This document shows, in pieces, positions 58,432 to 64,000 of a stretch of DNA of 64,000 nt. The translations under genes and the position numbers were made by a program. Source of the stretch: Casimicrobiaceae bacterium (GTDB lineage: Bacteria; Pseudomonadota; Gammaproteobacteria; Burkholderiales; Casimicrobiaceae); NCBI GenBank assembly GCA_036406955.1, contig DASXAF010000125.1, forward strand, positions 732-64,731, read 5' to 3'. The notes beneath the pieces are model-generated. The model saw only the letters and a list, made by a program, of their open reading frames with translations, ran no database searches and was not told where the DNA came from. Within the stretch, counting starts at the first letter, position 1; every line of letters begins with the position of its first letter.

Positions 58432-60408
58432 ATGCAACCCCTCTGGACTCCGAGCGAGCAGCGCGTCGAGCAGGCCAACATCACGGCCTTCCGGCGTGCG
58501 CTCGAGCAGCGCCATGGCGCTGCGCTTCCGGACTATCGCCACTTGTGGCAGTGGTCCATCGATCACAAATGGGATTTCTGGCGCGCCGTCTGGGACGACG
58601 GCGCGGTGATCGGCGCACCGGGCGAGCGCGTGCTGGAGAATGCCGATCGAATGCCCGGCGCGACGTGGTTTCCCGATGCCCGTCTCAACTTCGCGCAGAA
58701 CCTGCTCGAGCGGCGCCGTGCCGACGACACCGGCGATGCGCTGGTGTTCTGGGGCGAGGACAAGGTGCAGCGCCACGTTTCGCATGCGGAGCTCCACGCG
58801 CTCGCGTCCCGTGTCGCGTCGGCGCTCGCGTCGCACGGCATCCAGCCCGGCGATCGCGTCGCGGCGTACATGCCCAACCTGCCCGAAGCGATCGTCGCGA
58901 TGCTCGGCACGACCGCGCTCGGCGGCATCTTCTCCTCGTGCTCGCCCGACTTCGGCGTGCAGGGCGTGGTGGACCGTTTCGGCCAGATCGCGCCGCGCGT
59001 GCTGTTCACGGTCGACGGCTATTGGTACAACGGCAAGCCGATTTCGATCTTCGACAAACTCAGCGACATCGTCTCGCGCCTGCCGTCGGTGGAGCGCGTG
59101 GTGGTCGTGCCGTATCTCGATCCCGGGTTCGATCGTGCCGACGCCGCGAAGGCACGCGAAGGCGTGCTGTGGGAGGTGTGGCTCGCGCCGCATCTTCCCG
59201 GGCCGATACCGTATGCGCAGCTGCCGTTCGACCATCCGCTGTACATCCTGTATTCGTCGGGCACGACCGGCGTTCCGAAGTGCATCGTGCACGGCGCGGG
59301 CGGGACGCTGCTGCAGCACCTGAAGGAGCATCGCCTGCACGGCGACGTCAAGCCCGGCGATCGCCTGTTCTACTTCACGACGTGCGGCTGGATGATGTGG
59401 AACTGGCTCGCGTCGGGTCTCGCGTCGCGCGCCACGCTGATCCTGTTCGACGGATCGCCGTTCGTGTCGCGCGGACGCATCCTCTGGGAGCTCGCGCAGG
59501 CGGAGCGCATCACGCAGTTCGGCACGTCGGCCAAGTACATCGACGCCGTCAAGAAGATCGCGCTCGTGCCGCGGAAGGACTTCGATCTCTCGCCGCTCCG
59601 CGCGATGTTCTCGACCGGCAGCCCGCTCGCCCCCGAGAGCTTCGACTACGTCTACCAGACGGTGAAGGACGACCTCTGCCTGTCGTCCATTTCCGGCGGG
59701 ACGGACATCATCTCGTGCTTCGCGCTCGGCAACCCCGCGCTGCCCGTGTGGCGCGGCGAGCTGCAATGCCGCGGGCTCGGGCTCGACGTCGACGTGTTCG
59801 ACGAGGACCGGCATTCCATCCGGGAGGAGAAAGGCGAGCTCGTGTGCAAGAGCCCGTTCCCTTCGATGCCCATCGGGTTCTGGAACGACCCGGATGGCAG
59901 CAAGTACCGCGCGGCGTACTTCGAGCGCTTTCCCGGCATCTGGTGCCATGGCGACTGGGTCGAGCTCACCGTGCACGACGGCATGATCATCTACGGTCGC
60001 TCGGATGCGACGCTCAATCCCGGCGGCGTGCGCATCGGCACGGCGGAGATCTATCGCCAGGTCGAGCAAATGCCGGAGGTCGTGGAGAGCATCGTCATCG
60101 GGCAGGACTGGCCGCCGGGCGAGGCCGGCGACGTGCGCGTGGTGCTGTTCGTCAAGCTGCAGGAAGGCGCGAAGCTCGACGCTGCGCTCACCGACCGCAT
60201 CAAGGCGCAGGTCCGCGCCAACACCACGCCGCGCCACGTGCCGGCCAAGGTCGTGCAGGTGGACGACATCCCGCGCACCAAGAGCGGCAAGATCGTCGAG
60301 CTCGCCGTTCGCAACGTGGTGCACGGGCAGCCGGTGCGCAACCTCGACGCGCTCGCCAATCCCGAGGCGCTGGACGAGTTCCGCGATCGCGAAGAGCTGC
60401 GCACGTGA
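58432..60408 (+). CDS. Acetoacetate--CoA ligase (acetoacetyl-CoA synthetase)
   Basis: 658-aa ORF. The N-terminus [20 protein letters not shown] is typical of the family. AMP-binding motif: [17 protein letters not shown]. Also seen: [27 protein letters not shown]. Confidence 0.9.
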   Translation: MQPLWTPSEQRVEQANITAFRRALEQRHGAALPDYRHLWQWSIDHKWDFWRAVWDDGAVIGAPGERVLENADRMPGATWFPDARLNFAQNLLERRRADDTGDALVFWGEDKVQRHVSHAELHALASRVASALASHGIQPGDRVAAYMPNLPEAIVAMLGTTALGGIFSSCSPDFGVQGVVDRFGQIAPRVLFTVDGYWYNGKPISIFDKLSDIVSRLPSVERVVVVPYLDPGFDRADAAKAREGVLWEVWLAPHLPGPIPYAQLPFDHPLYILYSSGTTGVPKCIVHGAGGTLLQHLKEHRLHGDVKPGDRLFYFTTCGWMMWNWLASGLASRATLILFDGSPFVSRGRILWELAQAERITQFGTSAKYIDAVKKIALVPRKDFDLSPLRAMFSTGSPLAPESFDYVYQTVKDDLCLSSISGGTDIISCFALGNPALPVWRGELQCRGLGLDVDVFDEDRHSIREEKGELVCKSPFPSMPIGFWNDPDGSKYRAAYFERFPGIWCHGDWVELTVHDGMIIYGRSDATLNPGGVRIGTAEIYRQVEQMPEVVESIVIGQDWPPGEAGDVRVVLFVKLQEGAKLDAALTDRIKAQVRANTTPRHVPAKVVQVDDIPRTKSGKIVELAVRNVVHGQPVRNLDALANPEALDEFRDREELRT

Positions 60409-60483
60409 CCGGGGAAGCACGACCCCGACGCTCGCTTCGCTCGCGGCCCCCTGAGGGGGCGGAGTCCGTCGCAACGGGCCGCC

Positions 60484-60516
60484 GCACGGCCTCCCGAAGG
60501 CGGCCGGTGCTTTTTT
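60484..60516 (+). terminator. Putative intrinsic terminator downstream of acetoacetyl-CoA synthetase
   Basis: A GC-rich hairpin (gcacggcc...ggccggtgc, 8 bp with one bulge) is followed directly by TTTTTT at 60511..60516. A second small hairpin (gccccc-tga-gggggc) lies at 60446..60460. Confidence 0.6.
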
Positions 60517-60550
60517 CAGGAGCCGGCGGCCCGGCGCGACTGACGTCGCG

Positions 60551-61513
60551 ATGAATTTCGTCGCGATCCTGGCGGCGCTGGGTCTCGAGCAGTGGCGACC
60601 GTGTCCCTGGCGGCCAGCGCTGGAGCGCGCATTCCGAAGCTACGCGGCCGCCCTGGAGCACCGCTTCAACGGAGGCACCGTCGGGCAGGGCACCGCGGCC
60701 ACGCTGCTCGCGCTCCTGCCATGGGTGCTGCTCGCGGGCCTCGCCTGGGCAGCCGCTGCGCGCGTCCATCCGGCGCTGGGTTTCGTTGTGAACGTCGTCG
60801 CACTGTATTCGCTGATGGGGTTTCGCCGCTTCAGTCACGCGGTATCCGCCATCATCGCGGCCTTGCGCACCGGAGACCTCACGGCGGCACGGCGAACGCT
60901 CGCCGGGTGGCGTGGCGGGTGGACGGCGGACCTGTCGAGCCAGGATGTCGCGCGGCTGACGATCGAACGCGGCGTGGTCGACGCGTATCGCGAGGTGTTC
61001 GCGGTGCTGTTCTGGTTCCTCGTGCTGCCGGGGCCGGCGGGCGCGGTGCTGTATCGACTCGCGGCCTTGCTCGTCGAGGAGTGGCGCACCGAGGTTCCGC
61101 ACGGCGACGTGACGCCTCTTGCACGCGATCGCGGTGAATTCGGACGACCCGCGCGCACGCTGCTGTGGCTGCTCGACTGGGTGCCCGTTCGCCTCACCGC
61201 GCTTTCGTTCGCCGTGGTCGGCGACTTCGAGGATGCGGTCTACTGCTGGCGCACGCAACCCGCGCAGTGGCCGCTCGTCGAGGGAGGTGAGCCGGTCGGC
61301 ATCCTGCTCGCGAGCGCGGGCGGCGCGTTGGGCGTCGAATTGGGAGGACCGATCGCCACGATGAGCGGTGAGCCCGAGGAGCGGCCGGCGATGGGGATGG
61401 GCGATACGGCCGACACGGACCTGCTGCCGTCCGCAGTGGGATTGGTGTGGCGGGCGCTCGTGCTGTGGCTGCTGCTCACGCTCCTGCTCACGCTCGCGAA
61501 CTGGGCGCCGTAG
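60551..61513 (+). CDS. CobD/CbiB-AmpE family membrane protein
   Basis: 320-aa polytopic ORF. The stretch [27 protein letters not shown] resembles the conserved AmpE/CobD block (..LDWVPVRL..). It is not adjacent to ampD. Confidence 0.75.
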   Translation: MNFVAILAALGLEQWRPCPWRPALERAFRSYAAALEHRFNGGTVGQGTAATLLALLPWVLLAGLAWAAAARVHPALGFVVNVVALYSLMGFRRFSHAVSAIIAALRTGDLTAARRTLAGWRGGWTADLSSQDVARLTIERGVVDAYREVFAVLFWFLVLPGPAGAVLYRLAALLVEEWRTEVPHGDVTPLARDRGEFGRPARTLLWLLDWVPVRLTALSFAVVGDFEDAVYCWRTQPAQWPLVEGGEPVGILLASAGGALGVELGGPIATMSGEPEERPAMGMGDTADTDLLPSAVGLVWRALVLWLLLTLLLTLANWAP

Positions 61514-61516
61514 CGG

Positions 61517-62827
61517 CTACGACGTCGGCCGCGCCATGTCGGACGGCCCGTGGACCACGTGCACGGCGGCGTCGTCGGGAATGGGCGGCATCGTCGCGTC
61601 CCATTGCGCATAGCGCTCGCGCAACTCGCGCAGACGCTCGGGAAAGCGTCCGGCGAGATTCGCGCGCTCGCGTGCGTCGGCCGCGAGGTCGTACAGGAAC
61701 TCGTGACCGTCCTGCGACAGGTATTTCCAGTCGCCGGCGCGCAGCGCGCGCTGCTGTCGATGCTTCATGCGCCAGTACAACGCGCGCGACGTCACGGCGC
61801 CGGCATCGCGCAGCACCGGCATGAGGTCGATTCCGTCGAGCGGATGCGCGGCATCCGCGCTCGCAGCCGCGGCGGCCAGGAGCGTCGCGGTCCAATCCAT
61901 GGTGATGGCGACTTGCGTCGTGACGCCGCCTGCGGGAATCACGCGCGGCCACCGCGCGAGCAGGGGCACGCGGATGCCGCCTTCGAGCAGGTCCATCTTC
62001 TGTCCGACGAACGGCCAGTTGTCGGAATAGCGCTCGCCACCGTTGTCACTCGTGAACACGAGCAGGGTGTTCTCGTCCGCGCCGGTCGCTTTCAACGCTG
62101 CGACGATCGCGCCGACGCCTTCGTCCATCTCACGGATCATTTCACGGTAGGTCGAAAGCGACCCGCCGTCGACGTGGTAGATGGCGTCGCCGATGCGCTG
62201 CGACTCGGCGCGATCGTGACGCGTCTCCCACGGCCAATGCGGCGCGGTGTAGTGCACGCTCAGCAGGAACGGCGCCGAGCGCCCGCGCTGCCGCTCGATG
62301 AAATCGACGGCGCGCGCGGTGAAGAGGTCCGTCGCGTAGCCGTCGACGGCGACCTCGCGGTCGTTGTCGAACAGGTCGTGCACGCCGCGGCGGTCGCGAT
62401 GGGAGAAGTAGTCGATGCCGCCGCCCATCGTGCCGAAGAATTCGTCGTAGCCGCTCCTGAGCGGCCCGAAGTGCGGCGGATAGCCGAGATGCCACTTGCC
62501 CGACAGCGCGGTCGTATAGCCGGCCGCGCGCAGCATCGACGGCAACGTGGGCAGCGAGGGCGGCAGGCCGAGTTCGGCATGGCCGCGCGTGCGCGAGCCG
62601 AGCGGCTCCTCCGCGCCCCCGCGAAAACGATATTGGTAGCGCCCGGTCATCAGCGCGAAGCGCGTCGGCGAGCACACCGGCGCATTCGCATAGCCGTCGC
62701 TGAAGCGCAGGCCTTCGCGCGCGAGGCGGTCGATCGACGGTGTGACGTCCGCGCGAGCGCCGAAGCAGCCGACGTCGGCATAGCCGAGGTCGTCGGCGAG
62801 AATGAAGACGAAGTTCGGCCTGGTCAA
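61517..62827 (-). CDS. Cys-type sulfatase (arylsulfatase family)
   Basis: This is the tail of ORF 61517..63022. The start is proposed at TTG 62827 (LTRPNFVFILADDLGYADVG), 1 nt after the rsgA stop. Formylglycine motif: CSPTRFALMTGR. Also seen: SGKWHLG, FTSDNGG. There is no signal peptide with this start. Confidence 0.85.
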   Translation of the reverse strand: MTRPNFVFILADDLGYADVGCFGARADVTPSIDRLAREGLRFSDGYANAPVCSPTRFALMTGRYQYRFRGGAEEPLGSRTRGHAELGLPPSLPTLPSMLRAAGYTTALSGKWHLGYPPHFGPLRSGYDEFFGTMGGGIDYFSHRDRRGVHDLFDNDREVAVDGYATDLFTARAVDFIERQRGRSAPFLLSVHYTAPHWPWETRHDRAESQRIGDAIYHVDGGSLSTYREMIREMDEGVGAIVAALKATGADENTLLVFTSDNGGERYSDNWPFVGQKMDLLEGGIRVPLLARWPRVIPAGGVTTQVAITMDWTATLLAAAAASADAAHPLDGIDLMPVLRDAGAVTSRALYWRMKHRQQRALRAGDWKYLSQDGHEFLYDLAADARERANLAGRFPERLRELRERYAQWDATMPPIPDDAAVHVVHGPSDMARPTS

Positions 62828-62828
62828 G

Positions 62829-63713
62829 CTAGCGTGCGGGGTCGCGTGCGGCCTCGGATTCTCGCACGAGCGCGCGCAGCAGCGCGACGCGTTGCTGCGC
62901 GATGCGCCCTTCGGCCACCGCCGCCTGCACCGCGCAGCCCGGCTCGTGCTCGTGGCGACAATCGCGAAACCGGCAATGGCCGGCGAGGTCGCGCAGCTCG
63001 ACGAACGCGTGCTCGATCGCACGCGGCTCGTAGTGCGCGAGTCCGAACACCGTCATGCCGGGCGAGTCGACGAGCCAGGCGTCGTCGGCGAGCCGGTAGA
63101 GCCGCGTCGCCGAGGTCGTGTGACGACCTGCCACCAGCGCCGCGGACACGGCTTCCGTGCGAGCTTCGGCGTGCGGCGCGACGGCGTTGACGACGGTCGA
63201 CTTGCCCATGCCGGACTGCCCGATCAGCACCGAATGCTGTCCCGCGAGGTACGAATGCAGCGGCTCGACGTCGTGCCGCGCGGACAGCGGCACGACGGCA
63301 TGGCCGAGCGCCGCGTAGGGTGCCATGCGCGCGCGCAACGCATCGAAGCCGGGCAGATCGGACTTGTTGAGCGCCAGCACGAAGCGGCAGTGCTCGGCTT
63401 CCGCGCCGACGATCCACCGGTTCAGCAGATGCTCGTCGATGGCGACGTCCGGCGCCACCACGCCGACGACTTGGGTGACGTTGGCCGCGATCAGCTTTTC
63501 CTTGAACGCGTCGGAGCGATAGAAGAGGCTGCGCCGCGGCTCGACCGACTCGATGGCGCCGCCGCCGGCGACGCGGCGCATGCCGACCACGTCGCCGCAG
63601 GCGAGCTGGAGCGCGCGGCCCTTCATGACGCAGTCGAGCGTTTCGCCGCCCTCGAGCAAGACCGTGTAATGCCGGCGATACGCCGCGACGACGAGGCCGC
63701 GCGGCGACGCCAC
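62829..63713 (-). CDS. rsgA: Ribosome small-subunit-dependent GTPase A
   Basis: ORF 62829..63791 trimmed to GTG 63713 so that it does not run into phhB. G1 motif: GQSGMGKST. Also DSPG and the C-terminal zinc cluster CRFRDCRHEHEPGCAV. Confidence 0.88.
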   Translation of the reverse strand: MASPRGLVVAAYRRHYTVLLEGGETLDCVMKGRALQLACGDVVGMRRVAGGGAIESVEPRRSLFYRSDAFKEKLIAANVTQVVGVVAPDVAIDEHLLNRWIVGAEAEHCRFVLALNKSDLPGFDALRARMAPYAALGHAVVPLSARHDVEPLHSYLAGQHSVLIGQSGMGKSTVVNAVAPHAEARTEAVSAALVAGRHTTSATRLYRLADDAWLVDSPGMTVFGLAHYEPRAIEHAFVELRDLAGHCRFRDCRHEHEPGCAVQAAVAEGRIAQQRVALLRALVRESEAARDPAR

Positions 63714-64000
63714 TATGCGAAGAGACGCTCGACCTTCGCCGCGCAGATCACGTCGTTCTGCGTGATCCCCCCGGCCGAGTGCGTCGACCACGTCATCGTG
63801 CAGCGGTTGTAACCGACGGCGAGGTCAGGGTGGTGGTCCTCGCGGTGCGCGATCCACGCGACGGCGTTCACGAATTCCATCGTCGCGTGAAAGTCCGCGA
63901 ACGCGAACTCCTTGGTGAGACGATCGCCTGCGACACTCCACCCGGACAGGGTGGCGGCATGCGCGGCGAGCTCGTCGGTGCCGAGGCGGGGGGCGTCGGG
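63713..64000 (-). CDS. phhB: 4a-hydroxytetrahydrobiopterin dehydratase, 5'-truncated by window edge
   Basis: Not in the ORF track because its start lies outside the window. My own translation of the minus strand is ...LSGWSVAGDRLTKEFAFADFHATMEFVNAVAWIAHREDHHPDLAVGYNRCTMTWSTHSAGGITQNDVICAAKVERLFA*, which matches the PCD/DCoH pattern (HHPD). Confidence 0.85.
   Translation of the reverse strand, partial: PDAPRLGTDELAAHAATLSGWSVAGDRLTKEFAFADFHATMEFVNAVAWIAHREDHHPDLAVGYNRCTMTWSTHSAGGITQNDVICAAKVERLFA

Noticed and set aside
63714-63791. Longer rsgA start (ATG 63791) given by the ORF track.
   Set aside because: It would overlap the 3' end of the clearly coding phhB gene by 79 nt. GTG 63713 gives a typical RsgA N-terminus and a 1-nt stop/start overlap.

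Overview
This is a high-GC proteobacterial chromosome segment. Hand counts on sample 60-nt lines give about 63-78% GC in core genes. It is densely packed with housekeeping and metabolic genes on both strands. I could not run any similarity search, so family calls come from recognised motifs and remembered reference sequences, and the taxon cannot be fixed (Bug/TTT genes, a PP0621-pilSR arrangement and a large NAD-GDH suggest a beta- or gammaproteobacterium).

Core content:
- qor and nnr
- the gltIJKL glutamate/aspartate ABC transporter, a GAF hybrid histidine kinase and the ~180-kDa NAD-glutamate dehydrogenase
- a Bug-family binding protein, purL and a tctBA-ggt operon
- PPIase, bolA, yciB and ampD
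- pilS/pilR with a PP0621-family gene
- two translationally coupled peptidases downstream of tRNA-Arg(CCT)
- aat and bpt
- etfBA, an acyl-CoA dehydrogenase, ETF-QO and acetoacetyl-CoA synthetase
- a sulfatase, rsgA and phhB

The most interesting region is a lower-GC block at about 43.0-49.1 kb. It carries a convergent rpfF/rpfC-type (DSF-family) cell-cell signalling pair. No RpfG-type output regulator is present, the RpfC homologue has an extra internal module, and an unusual 966-bp non-coding gap sits where rpfG/rpfH lie in Xanthomonas.

Other accessory-looking loci:
- a PEP-CTERM-type secreted protein next to a large LuxR/AAA regulator (26.8-30.6 kb)
- a lower-GC patch of small secreted or membrane proteins plus an orphan cytoplasmic histidine kinase (30.7-33.5 kb)
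- a secreted PAF-acetylhydrolase-like hydrolase fused to three C-terminal repeats (52.8-54.5 kb)
- an orphan ligase-associated exonuclease coupled to ampD

I recognised no CRISPR array, IS element, integrase, phage gene or known defence gene. Many very long Arg/Ala/Pro-rich ORFs in the track are antisense or off-frame artefacts of high GC and were rejected.
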